DNA of 64,000 bases from Octopus vulgaris. Taxonomy: Eukaryota. A program made the translations under genes and the position numbers. The stretch spans positions 30,566,001-30,630,000 of the forward strand of contig OX597823.1 in NCBI GenBank assembly GCA_951406725.2, in the 5' to 3' direction. The notes under the pieces are model-generated. The model was given only the letters and a program-made list of their open reading frames with translations. It was not told the DNA's origin and made no database searches. This document shows, one piece after another, positions 39,175 through 52,578 of this stretch (position 1 is its first letter; each line of letters opens with the position of its first letter).

Positions 39175-39619
39175 AATAATCTAAGTTAAAACTTTCTTTC
39201 AAAATTTCACATGTATTTATGTTCTGAATTCCAGTTTTCATAATGACAATTATTTTAATAAATTTTTGTTATTTTCAAAATTAATTGAAACAAGGACAGC
39301 ATATTTCCATAGAAATATAGTAATGAAGGGGTTAATCCAATGTAAATTAAAACCTTCCTTCATAATTCCATGTTAATTTCTGTTCCAAACACGGGTTTTG
39401 TAATGACAAAGTTATTTCAATGAATTCTTCGTTATTTTCAAGATTAACTGAAACAGGCAACATATTTCAACAGAAATCATCATCATCATCATCACCATCA
39501 TCATCATCATCGTTATCATCATTGTCATCATCATCATCATCATCATCATCATTGTCATCAACACCACCATCATTATCAGCATCATCATCACCATCATCAC
39601 CACAATCATCACCATCCTC

Positions 39620-39650
<31 letters not shown>

Positions 39651-40704
39651 CCACCACCACTTCAATCGTCATCATCATTTAATGTCTCTTCTTAAATACT
39701 GGCTGAGATTGGATACTTCGACATAGACTGATCAGCTGGATGGCTCGCTCTGCCAAGTTCTAATGTCAGCTTTCCCATGGTCCTTACAAACTGGATGCCC
39801 TTACTGGTGCCAACCACTTCCCAGAGTGGGTTGGCTGCTTTTCTTGTGGCACCAGCATTGGGGAGGTGACTAAGCACCTGCAAGACCAGACTGCTCAACC
39901 AAGTGGGGTATGGTATTCAGGGATATGAAAGGACAAGAGCAGGTGTCACACATGGTACCAAAAGGGTTAAAAGGATTTGGGGATAGAGCAAGCACCAACA
40001 ACACTCAGGGTTATAAATTTTTTATAATGTTGCTACCTTGATGAGCAGTATTTTATGACCAGTTGCTGTGTATCTAAGACTATATTTTAGAGTCCTTCCC
40101 TTTTTAAAGATAACAGAATGTAATTTTATGGAGATTTTCCTGCTATTTCTAGCAGATTGAATAGCTGCATAGAGAGCCTTAGCTTAATCACAGAATTAGA
40201 CAATTTCAGAAGGTATCATAAAAAACAAAATGAAAACTTCATAAAATACAATCTATCTAGCCCTTACTTTAGCTTTTATATAACCCTCACACACTGTAAG
40301 ATCTAATTAACTTTTACATCCCATACGGTCTGCATACCTCCAACAAACTTTAGGGTCTATTTAAACCATATACGCTGTAATCTTTAACATTCTGTGGGTT
40401 ATTTCTCTATAACTCTTATACATTACTCTCTGTTGATCTACCAGACTGTAGGGCTCTATTAAACCCTACATACTGTAGGCCTCTACACAGTGTGAGGTTT
40501 CTCTGTTGACTGCATATTCTGGGATGGCTCTGTCTTCCTTAAATCCTAAGAGTAGAATCTCTGTTGACCCTACACACTCAATGATGTCTCTGTAGCCCCT
40601 ACACTCGGTTAGGTCTCTCTTTTGCCCCTACAGTACAGTGTTTCTGTCAATAGATAGAGAGATAGAAAGACAGATATTTATACACACACACACATATATA
40701 TATA

Positions 40705-40740
<36 letters not shown>

Positions 40741-40833
40741 GATATTAGGAAGTATAACTCCAAACTTACAGGGAAAAATTCAATTTAGTATTAAATCAAA
40801 TTTCACAATATAAATATAAATATATATATATAT

Positions 40834-41036
40834 ATAGAATGGTTGTATACTGTCAATCTAACACGAACGTGACAGTAGGGGGGTACACCACCGCTGTATA
40901 GCCCTAGGAAGCATCGACGCCTCCTGATGGCTTTGACAAAGCTATCAGGAGGCGTCGATGCTTCCTAGGGCTATACAGCGGTGGTGTACCCCTACTGTCA
41001 CGTTCGTGTTAGATTGACAGTATACAACCATTCTAT
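40834..41036. repeat. Near-perfect 203-bp palindrome
   Basis: Arms 40834-40935 and 40937-41036 differ only by one substitution and a G6/C4 run length. Confidence 0.95.
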
Positions 41037-41112
41037 CGCCCCACCACCGTACATGTCTCTACGAGAGATTTAGAAATTTAGTATTTCTTATATATATATA
41101 TATATATATATA

Positions 41113-41700
41113 TAAATTAGAGAAAAATCACTATTATGCAATTCAAACAATGATAGACATAAATCAAATCATAAATAAAAAATAAAATATATTCTTTAAA
41201 ACATATAACTAGATCACAAAAAGTATAAAAATGAATAATCAATATATAATAAGTAACAAAAATATGTACGTTTCATGACTATAATTAAATTTGAATTTAA
41301 TCGAAAATCAATTCGATTTAAAATTATAATCACTCTTCGGGTTAACAATAATAGTTAAATAAATAAGCAGAGTTAAACAATATTTATTAAAAAAATTAAA
41401 TAATGATTTTTCTCATAGAAGAAACACCATTAACTAAATTTGAAACATAAAACATTAGGATCAGTTTCCTACAATACATTTATTATGTTAAATATTTACG
41501 GTAAAAAAATAGAATAAATAGATAGAAAAATGTATTTATCTGTGAAGGTATAATTTAGCTTAATAAACTATAGAATATCTTTAACCTAGTTATACTCTAA
41601 TATTTAATTACCAAACTACATTACAAAACAATCAGTCTTAATATTTTTAGATTTTAGTTCACATATAATAATTATATAATAGTGGTTTTTCTCTAATTTA
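41113..41700. mobile_element. (TA)n-flanked AT-rich element with 25-bp inverted ends
   Basis: taaattagagaaaaatcactattat and ataatagtggtttttctctaattta (1 mismatch). It contains a hammerhead-like core on the minus strand at about 41262-41345. Confidence 0.7.
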
Positions 41701-41746
41701 TATTATATATATATATATATATATATATGAAATGTTGCATTCAAAA

Positions 41747-41937
41747 TGTGACCGCGTGTGTACCATTGGCGATTTTTTTTCCCTCCATCTTCCCTTCTCC
41801 TATGTTTCTGACGAAAAACTCTGCTCGAAATGTTAAACCCTCCTTCTTTCCTTCTTTCCTGAGCGTCCAATAATACTATATTTGTTCCACGTCCTCGCGT
41901 TGTGTTTTTTTTTGTGCTTTCTTGTTTGGATTAACTA
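41747..41937 (+). mobile_element. Family H2 pLTR remnant with decayed hammerhead (41804-41838)
   Basis: GTTT CTGACGA aaaactctgctc GAAA TG TT AAAC. Homologous to 9808-10001. Confidence 0.7.
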
Positions 41938-42028
41938 TATATATGCATATATATATGTATATATATATATATGCATATATATATATACATGTATATATAT
42001 GCATATATATATACATGTATATATATAC

Positions 42029-42059
<31 letters not shown>

Positions 42060-42379
42060 GGTCAATAGATAGATATAAAAACAGAGAAACCGATTAATTG
42101 CATGGATAGATAAACACATACACACACAGATACATAGAATGGTTTACAGACAAGACAGATGGATGCATAAGAATGTAAATATGTTGTATTAAAAAAAAAA
42201 AGATGAATGCATTTTCGTTTTAAATGTTTATTTCATTCACATCAATCTTTTATATTTCGTCTCAGCACTGATGCTGCGTTACATATGGAGCAGATGTAAC
42301 GCCAATAATTACTATATTCACAGATCATCTGTTTACTACTTTGGTCTGTGAGCTTTGGTTTGCATCTTTGTGTCTGTCT

Positions 42380-42429
42380 ATGTCTTTCAGTTTGTCTATC
42401 TACATTTTTATATGTACTATCTATATTAA

Positions 42430-42460
<31 letters not shown>

Positions 42461-42461
42461 G

Positions 42462-42498
<37 letters not shown>

Positions 42499-42849
42499 TT
42501 ATATATCTATATCTATCTGCTTAGCTCTCTGTCTCTTTCTCTATATATCTATGTATCTGTTTATTTGTCTGTCTGTCTGTCTATCTTTCCATTTGTCTTT
42601 CTATCTGTCCATCTAATTTGTCTATGTGTAATGTGTGTGTGTGTGTCTGTATTCATCTGTCTGTGTCTTTGTTCGCATATCTATCTGTCTGTCTGTCTGT
42701 CTATTGTATTTTGTCCCCTCTGTGTTCAGCACTGTGTGGCTAATAAAGAAACTTATCTATCTATCTATCTATCTGTCTGTCTGTCTGTCCGTCTATCCAT
42801 CCATCCGTCCGTCCGTCCGTCCATCCGTCCGTCCATCCGTCCATCTATC

Positions 42850-42919
<70 letters not shown>

Positions 42920-42960
42920 GTGTTTTAGTATGTCTGTCAGTATATCTCTATTTGTCTGTC
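42380..42960. repeat. (CTAT/CTGT/CCGT)n compound microsatellite
   Basis: Direct inspection. Confidence 0.85.
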
Positions 42961-43483
42961 CGTGTGTCAATCACTTTCTCTCTATACATCTCTTCCCCCC
43001 TCTCTCTTTCTTTCTCTCCCTCTTCCTCTCTCTCTACAAGTAGTTGCCTCTATTATCTCTTCATTGCAAAGCACTTATCTTTGCAAATCCTCTACTACTA
43101 CTACTACTACTATGACTACTAAAGCGACCACCACAAGCCACTATTATCATTATTGTTTATTATTACTGCTGTTGCTGCTACTGTTGCTGCTGCTACTGCC
43201 GCTGCTGCTGCTGTTGTTATTAATCAATGATTATCTTTAAGGAACCTATTTAGTTGATTGCAATTGACAGAAAAACAACAATCATCATCGTCATCATCTG
43301 AAGGTGTGTGATTGTGTGTAGTGAATCACTCTTGTATGAACACATACATATATACACAGCGCATGCACACACACTCACATACATACACACACACACATTA
43401 CAACACTACATGATATAATCGCATGCAACATTGACACACACAAGCACACAATTACGCCATATATCCCCCTGCTCCTTCCTCCT

Positions 43484-43538
<55 letters not shown>

Positions 43539-46227
43539 CATGCATACATTGCATAGTGACATACACTCTACACCTAGGTGCTCTCCTCCTCTTCCTCCTC
43601 CTCTCCCTCTCCATTCTCTTCGTTAACCACAGAATGATGTCTAGACAAGCTCGGCTTGTTGCCTCTGGTGGTAGTGGTGGTGGTGGTGTTTGTGCCGTCA
43701 TCATCGTCATTGTCAGCATTATTGTCACCTGCACAACCTCCATAATCATCACCCTCATCATCATCACCATCATCATCATCACAATCATCATCATCACCAT
43801 CATCGCCGTTGTTGTCATCACCATCACGATCATCATCATCATCATCATCGTTGTCATCACCATTATCATCATCATCATCATCACTACCATCACCAGTGTC
43901 ATCTCATACTCATTAACAGCGTCCTCGCCATCACCATTGGTAACATTATACTCATCATCATCATTTCTGTCGACATGGAGAGCTTTTAAGACTTTGTGTG
44001 TATGCGTGTATGAATGTGCATGTATGTATGTCTGTGTGTGTATGTGTTTATAAAGATTTAAAGATGAGTAATGTTTCTTGTTCTGTGTACACAGATTTAT
44101 TGTTGATGTTGTTGATATTGCTGTCGTTGTTGTTGCTGCTGCTGTAAAGGAGTCTGAGTAAATATGAGTATCTAATCAATACCGGCCCAGTGACTCCATG
44201 TCTCAACTGAATCACCTCCTCCTCTTCAGGTTGCTGTCACCTGATCATAATGTTGGTAGCTGCAGTGGTGACAATGATGTTGATGATGACGATGTTGACG
44301 ACGATGATGATGATGATGATGGCGATGATGATGATGACGATCTTGATGATGATGATGATGATGGTGATCATGTTGGTGATGATAGTACTTGTGATGGTGA
44401 TGGTCACGATAAATGTACGGATGATGATGACAACGATGATGATGATGATGTTGGTATATGATGATGGTGACAATATTGGTTTCAAATTTTTGCTGAGGAC
44501 CAGTAAATTCAAGGAAGGGGATAAGTGGATGACATTGCCCCCACCCCCTCACTCGACTGGTCCTTATTTTATCAATCCCAATAAAGGATGAAAGAAAAAG
44601 TCGACCTCAGCAGAATTTGAACTCAGAACGTAAAGTCAGACGAAATGCTGCTAATGATTCTGCCACATTGCCACATTAAGATGATGATGATGATGATGAT
44701 GATGATAATGGTAATCACCATCATCATCATCATCATTTATCATCTACCTTCCATGCTGGCATGGGTGGGATGGTTTGACAGGAGCCAACCAGGCAGAAGC
44801 CTGCACCAGACTTTTGTGACTGTTTTGACAGGATTTTTACAGCTGGATGCCCTTCCTAGCACCAACCACCCAGCAGAGTGAATTTGGTGCTTTTTAGAAG
44901 TCACCTGCACAGGTGAGGTCAGTTTTAGCAAGGGTTTTACAGCTGGATGCCCTTTCAAATGTCAACCGTTTTACAGTGTGGACTGGATGCTTTTCAAGTG
45001 GCACCTGCACTGACAGGGTCACCAAGTAACCTGGAAGGCAAAAATATTGGCAATAAATCTGGCTGAAGTAGTGGTGATGATGATATTGCTTGTGATAGTG
45101 ATGATGGTTACAACAAAAGTGTTGCAAATATACATGATGATGATGATGATAATAGTACTGGTGTAAAGGGCAATTGTTAGGCTTGTAACAACAATATGAC
45201 AGCTATCACACACACACATACACACATTACACATGCACACACACACACAGATTAATTACTGACTTACAAACTTATCTATATCTGTATATATTTATTGTAT
45301 AGTCTCTGTTTGCATATCTGTGTGTGTATGTGTGAGTGTATGCATGTTTTTGTATGTACACAGGCATGGCTATGTGGTAAGAATTCTGCTCCCCAACAAC
45401 ATGGTTCCAGGTTCAGTCCCACTGTAGGCAAGTGTCTTCTACTTATAGAATCAGGCCTTTCAAAGCCTTGTTATTGGATTCGGTAGACCAAAACTGAACA
45501 AGGCCATTACACTCACACACACGCACACACACACACACACACACACAAACAAAGGTGGTTGTCCACTCCTTATGCAGAGTCTGACCACCTCTTGTACTTA
45601 CACCTTAGATCAATTATAGCGTCCCATGTGACTTTTTAAACCAGACAGTGCATTGAAAAGACATCCACATAGATTGCATGTTTGATTTGGAGCACCAAGA
45701 GCTGTAGATAAGTTCTGATCTTTGTGGATTTTAAAATGTCTTTTGAGGCCTCTGTTAGATTTGCAGACATATAAGAGGATTCACATACATATAAGAGGAA
45801 TGACCACAAGGTGGAGTCCTAATATGCTAAATGTAGACTCCATATGGTCTGACCACTAAGAAAAATTGTTCTCAGCAAAATTTGGCAAAAGCCAGAATGT
45901 AAAGCGAGCAAGACAAATGAAAAGATACAAAATATAATCATTAGTCACATACCATGGTTTCATTGTTACCATTTACATTACATAAATGTCCTCAAATCCT
46001 CAGTGTGACCGTCATAGAAAAATGTAATTGGCAGAACTATACATGAGACATCCTCCCGAGAGAGAGAACATGCATACAGTTCTATCAATTATATTTGGGG
46101 ATATATTTCAAATGTCTTTGTTTTGGCACACCAAAGCTGGAAATGACTCTGCATAAAATAATTTTTTGCATCGAAGCCTGCCAATTAGAGAACAAGGTTA
46201 TTTTAATTTTTTACCCTTATTATTTAA

Positions 46228-46266
<39 letters not shown>

Positions 46267-47205
46267 TGTATATGATGGGCTTCTTTCAGTTTTCATCTAC
46301 CAAATCCACTCACAAGGCTCTGGTCAGCCTAAGGTGCCATGCAATGGGACTGAATCCGGAACCATGTGGTTGGTAAGCAAGCTACTTACCACACAGCCAT
46401 TCCTTAATACAGATCATTTCATCTTTGTAGTTTCATGTTTAACTGACAATCATCAGCATCAATACAATATCTCAAGAAAGGTATTTATGAAATAATTGGG
46501 ATACAGTTGTTGTTGGGACCATTTCATTTCAATAGATCTTAAAATTGGGCCCTAAGCATTTTATTCTCCTTCTTGAATTTTGCTAAAAAGGAGCTTGTAG
46601 TACAGATATATATTGTATGCTTAAAGCATTCAGCAATTCATAGGTGTGTATATTTATCCATGAATCTGTACAGATGTTATTTTTACTTTTGTTTATTTTT
46701 TATACCAATCCCACCTTTATTGAAAAGGGTGACATTTCCTTCCTGTGTTATCATAACAGCAACACCAGCCATAACAATAATGACAATGATGTGTAAATAA
46801 TTAAAATGAATGTCAATTTCCTGATATTGTCCCCACTGACCTTCCTTACTTGGTCACTTCCTTACCTTTCCTTAATTAGTTTCTCCAAACAAATGAAAGA
46901 AGGTATTGTAAATAGATGGCTATCAGTCTTCCTGTCCCTTCTTCCACTCCTACCTACACACATACACCTGTTTCCTCACCTCTCAGTCTTTGTCAGTGCT
47001 CCCTATTTTAAGGGTGTAAAGGTAAATACCAATACAACAACAGCATCCAGTGTATTCTATTGTGTTCTGATGTACAAAGCTGTTGTGAGGGAAAAAAAAT
47101 ACTTAGAGGAAGTTCCACTGGGTATCATTCCTCCACCTGCTATAACAGTAATAGTAGCAGTGGTGCCGGTGATCAGAACAGGAAATTAGTGTTTCTTACA
47201 CACCA

Positions 47206-47243
<38 letters not shown>

Positions 47244-47270
47244 ACACATACAAATGTGTGTGTGTGTATC

Positions 47271-47311
<41 letters not shown>

Positions 47312-47313
<2 letters not shown>

Positions 47314-47497
47314 ACTCTTTTACTTGCTTCACTCATTTGACTGCGACTATGCTGGAGCACCACCTATAGTTGAAGAAATCGACCCCAAGACTTACATTAT
47401 CAGTCTCTTTTGCTAAACCACTAAGTTACAGAGACGTAAATATACCAACATCGGTTGTCAGGTGATGGTGGTGGGGGGACAAATGCAAACACACAAG

Positions 47498-47529
<32 letters not shown>

Positions 47530-47665
47530 ATAGGCTTCTTTCAGTTTCCATCCACCAAATCCACTCACAAGGCTTTGTTCGGCTTGAGGCTAGAATGGAA
47601 GGCACTGAACCCGGAACCATGTGGTTGGGAAGCAAGCTTCTTACCACACAGCCATTTCTGCGCCT
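47312..47665 (-). mobile_element. SINE family A
   Basis: Reverse orientation, tail to head. Confidence 0.8.
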
Positions 47666-48022
47666 ATATATATATATTTCCCTCAGTGTTCACTATTTTC
47701 CCCTCATTCAGGTCAAGCGACCTTCCATTTTTGTTTGCATTCAGTTTCCCTGTATATCCCCACTGTCTTGCTTTTGTTCCTAACTTTGACCCTCCATAAA
47801 CCCAAAATTTTATTTTGGTATTTATGAGAGGAACTGTCTTTGAAGACTCATATTGTCGTTGATTGCTCAAAATGGTGAGTGGATAGACAACCGACAATTG
47901 ATAAAGGGTCATTCTTTGTATTACTTGTCCCTTTTTTTCTCTCTCGTTATTTGCGTATTTAACTCATTTGTTTTCGTATCTCGTGTTGTTTACTGTTGGT
48001 GACATCCTGTACCCATGTATGC

Positions 48023-48068
<46 letters not shown>

Positions 48069-48070
<2 letters not shown>

Positions 48071-49484
48071 TAGGAAAGCAGACAAACCACAAATCCCTTC
48101 AGGTAGATGGCCCTACTCAATCTGTAGACAAGGCGTAGATAGAAACTCTATAAGATGTATCCAGTGCTAGCTATGGACACATAAGAGGTGCAGCAATATC
48201 AAAGGAAGGCTAACTGGGAAGATAGTTTTTGTATGTGGCAGATGCTCAGGAGCAATAAACACTGAAAATGTGCAGAGAACAACTTCTGCCACATTCCAGG
48301 GAGAAAAACTAGAAGTCGTTGATAGCTTCTGTTATCTAGGTGACCAAGTCAGTAGCGGGGGAGGGTGTGCTGAAAGGGTAGCGGCTGGAATAAGAATAGC
48401 TTGGGCAAAGTTCAGAGAGCTCTTACCTCTGCTGGTGAGAAAGGGCCTCTCGCTCAGAGTAAAAGGTAGACTGTATGACGCATGTATATGAACAGCCATG
48501 CTACATAGCAGTGTAACATGGGCTGTGACTGCTGAGGACATGCGTAAGCTTGCAAGGAATGAAGCCAGTATGCTCTGCTGGATGTGTGATGTCAGTGTGC
48601 ATACTCGACAGAGTTTAAGTACTTTGGGAGAAAATTTGGACCTAAGAAGCATCAGATGTGGTGTGCAAGAGAGACGACTGTGCTGATATGGTCATGTGGT
48701 GAGAATGGATGAGGATAGCTGTGTGAAAAAGTGCCACACCCTAGTGGTTGAGGGAACCTGTGGAAGAGGTAGACCTGGGATGAGGTGGTGAAGCACAACC
48801 TTCGAACATTAGGCCTCACTGAGGCAGGTACTAGTGACCGAGACCTTTGGAAATATGCTGTGGTTGAGAAGATACAGCAAGCCAAGTGAGACCATAACCC
48901 ATGGCCTATGCCAGGGGTGTAACCAGCCCACTTATGCATACCTTTCCTTCATTGGACACTAAACTCTGCTTGCGACGACCTGTTGAAGCAAGTGAAATTG
49001 GAATCGAAATCGAAATCAGATTCGATGACTGGCATCCGTGCTATTGGAGCACTAAGAGCATCATCTGAGCATGATCATTGCCAGAGCAGCTGACAGTCTT
49101 CCATGCCAGTGGCACATAAAAAGCACCATTCGAGCATGATCGTTACCAGTGTTGCCTTACTGGCACTTGTGCTGGCGACATGGGAAAAAAATATTCAAGT
49201 GAGGTCATTGGCAATGCTGCTGGACTGGCTCCTGTGCAGGTGGCACTTAAAAAGCATTATTTGAGCATGGCCGATGCCAGTACCGCTTGACTGACCCTCA
49301 TGCCGGTGGCATGTAAAAGCACCCACTACACTCTCAGAGTGGTTGGCATTAGGAAGGGCATCCAGCTGTAGAAACTCTGCCAGATCAGATTGGAGCCTGG
49401 TGCAGCCATCTGGTTCGCCAGTCCTCAGTCAAATCATCTAACCCATGTTAGCATGGAAGGCGGATGTTAAACGTTGATGATGAT
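48069..49484 (+). mobile_element. 5'-truncated RTE-clade LINE (ORF C-terminus plus 3' UTR)
   Basis: LEVVDSFCYLGD...AWAKFRELLPLL...LSLRVKGRLYDAC...TWAVTAEDMRKL...ASMLCWMC with stop codons. The 3' UTR has about 60-bp subrepeats and ends gttgatgatgat. Confidence 0.9.
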
Positions 49485-49498
49485 AATATATACTCCAG

Positions 49499-49545
<47 letters not shown>

Positions 49546-50074
49546 AGATAGATAGATATAGAGATATGTATATGTATATAGATAGATAGATTTATGTGTG
49601 TATGTATGTACTTAGTAGGTACAAAAGTGGGGATGGCCACTATTGTCTAAGGAGATGATGCAAGAGGGAAATTTTCAGCAGGAAATAGTTAATTTTCCAT
49701 TCATTCTTTACTGATCATCTTAATTGTTGCTGTTACATTAGCAGTGATTGTAACATGGTGGCAGGGGTTGTAGTTGGGTGGTGAAGGTGGTTGTTATTGT
49801 AATACTGCTGTGTGTTATTGTGGTGGTGGTGGTAGCAGCAAAAAATAAATGAACTGTTATTAAACAGCTGGGCATAAATGATCCAGATTATAAATAGTCT
49901 AAAGAAAAGAAAGCAAGACAGGTTTATAACCAATCCTTCCTATATACATCACATATATATATATATACATATATACACGTCGATTTCTTAAACTAAAGGT
50001 GGTGTTCCAGCATGGCCACAGTTAAATGACTGAAACAAATAAAAGAATAAAAGAATGTGTGTGTATATATATAT

Positions 50075-50545
50075 CATCATCATCATTGTTAAATGTCTGC
50101 TTTCCATGCTGGCATGGGTTGGATGGTTTGACTGGGGACTGGTGAGCTAGATGGCTGTACCAGGCTCCAATCTGATCTGGCAGGGTTTCTACAGCTGGAT
50201 GCCCTTCCTAACGCCAACCACTCTGAGAGTGTAGTGGGTGGTTTTACTTGCCACCGGCACGTAGTGCCAGTCAGGCAGTACTGGCAACGGCCATCAGCCA
50301 GATAGAAGCCTGCACCAGACTTCTGTGGCTGTTTTGGCAGGATTTTTGCAGCTGGATGCCCTTCCTAGCACCAACCACTCAGCAGAGTGGACTTAGTGCT
50401 TTTTATGTGGCACAAGCACAGGTGAGGTCAGATTTGGCAAGGTTTTTGCAGCTGGATACCCCTCCAAATGTCAACCACTTTACAGTGTGGACTGGATGTT
50501 TTTTAAGTGGCACCTGCACTGACAGGGTCACCAAGTACTTGTAAG
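50075..50545 (-). mobile_element. Composite of RTE 3' tails
   Basis: Repeated gctggatgcccttccta motifs after (CAT)n. The second part is shared with 44790-45030. Confidence 0.75.
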
Positions 50546-51059
50546 GCAAAAAGAAAAATACTTTTTGGGAGGGGAGGGAGCATTGGAGGAGGTGATCTTT
50601 TATCAGATGATGAAAGGTTACAGTAAGAGAGAAAAAGAAACAGGTGTTTTGTTGTAGAAGAGGTACAAGGTTTCCCAGCTGGTGGTGGGGGATCAGGAAT
50701 GAAGACAGAGACAGGTGCACTGCCACAAAGGAAATACATAGTTACCCAACCTGAGAGAAGTGCTAGAGAAGGGGAGAGAGACAGACAGGCAGCAGGATAG
50801 AGATGGTGGCAAAGTGCGGGGCATATGCAATGATACAGTGAGGCAAGGCATGGGTGGAAAATGCTGCTCGGAAGCTAGTGGAAGGCAATGATACAATGGC
50901 ACGTGGCCAAGAGTACAGGATTGGGGTGTAGGAGGTAAGCCTAGTGCATGAAGTGGAAATGTGAGGAAGAGAAGAGATGTAGTTTGGTTTGTTGTGGTAG
51001 AGTGTGTGAGAAATTTTCTTGTTAAGTGTGGGTGAGATACACAGCACTTCTAGAACTCA

Positions 51060-51215
51060 ATCTTGCTGACATGGGTGAGTCTTTTCAAGAATTTCATATT
51101 GCCAGACATCTTGGTCCATTGTCATTTCCTCCATGAAGTTCAGCATCCTGAGATTGGTCCTTACCATTTCATTCCATGTCTTTCTGGGTGTCCCTCTACC
51201 ACGGGTACCATCTAC
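51060..51215 (-). mobile_element. RTE ORF extreme C-terminal remnant
   Basis: VDGTRGRGTPRKTWNEMVRTNLRML...DQDVWQYEILEK, homologous to 48745-48875. Confidence 0.75.
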
Positions 51216-51341
51216 TTCTATCCATCTACCAAATTCACCCACAAGGCATTGGTTGTCAGAGTTAGTTAGTTAGACAGACAGACAGACTGACTGACTAGCA
51301 GATAAATAGGTAGATAGGTAGGTAGGTAGATAGATAGAAAT

Positions 51342-51399
<58 letters not shown>

Positions 51400-52578
51400 G
51401 GGTTGGATGGATGGATGGATGGATAGATAGATTGATAGATAGATCATACTTTATGTTATCTTCATTGAAATTGGTTCAGTCTAGGTGGACTATTTTCATA
51501 TGTAGCACTCAATACAAGATATGAGCGAAGTCTACAACCCAAGTAAGCCATGATAGGATCTGAACCCCAGCCACAAAGAACTGGAATAATTATCGCAATG
51601 CATCCAGTGCACTGTTCTTACAGCTGCACCAATCCACCTCTATTTATTGATCCTCTTTTCTCAATCCTTGGAAGAGTGAAATGTAAATTTGACCTTTGCA
51701 GGAATTGAACTCAGTACATAAAGAACCAAAACAAATACTACATAGCATTCTGTCCTTCATGCTGACCGTGTTTCCAATTTACTGCTGATTACTCTCCATG
51801 GAGATTTGTTTGTTAGCTGCTACACTAATATGATACTTCAGTTGTGAGCAGTTTGTTAGGGGTGGGGTCTGTGTGTATATATCTGTCACCATGGAGTTTA
51901 AGAGTCTGTTTTAAGGATTGCAATGTACTGTCAATTGCTTATCAAACAGTTATTGTGTAAATGTTCATTGTCTTACTGAGAGCATTTTGATTCATTAACG
52001 GTAATTTGTAATTGCATTGGTGTGGCCGGTTTCATAATCGTTTAATACAACCATCTTGACTATTCATCATAGCTGTCGTCATCATCATAGTCACCATCAT
52101 CATCATTGTCCATATCAGCTTCATCATAGTTGTTAGGATTGTCGTTGTTATCATCATTGCCATCATCACTACCTTCATCATCACATCAATAACAAGTTGT
52201 TTTCCAAAGTGACACGAATCACATGAGTTTGTAGTAAATCCTTTCCCTATTCCTCTCAGTCTGATGTCATCTCATCTGTGAATTCCAACATAATCACTGC
52301 ATCTCATCTCTTCCTTGCTCTTCTTCTGCCAAAGCGGGCCCCTCCTCCACTGGCATCACACAGTATTTTGCCATTCAGCAGCTGTCTGCCATTTCCTTAC
52401 AAGACAAGCACAGTCATCTCTCCTATACAATCAATAGCTGCTTATTTATTCATACTGTTTTGAATTCAGAATTTAACCGGTGTGGCTATATATCTTTAAA
52501 TTGACATTGTAGGGAAGGTGTGAGAGGTTGGATCCAACCAGATATAACATAAAACAGGTGGAATATTTAGGTCAGATA

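Noticed and set aside
37124-44591. Poly-His, poly-Met, poly-Asp, poly-Ser and poly-Ile ORFs
   Set aside because: They are (CAT)n/(GAT)n tracts with no splice context or complex coding sequence.
47845-47910. Hammerhead-like arrangement (attgtcg...cgacaat stem enclosing gctc/gagt)
   Set aside because: The conserved CUGANGA and GAAA cores are not present.
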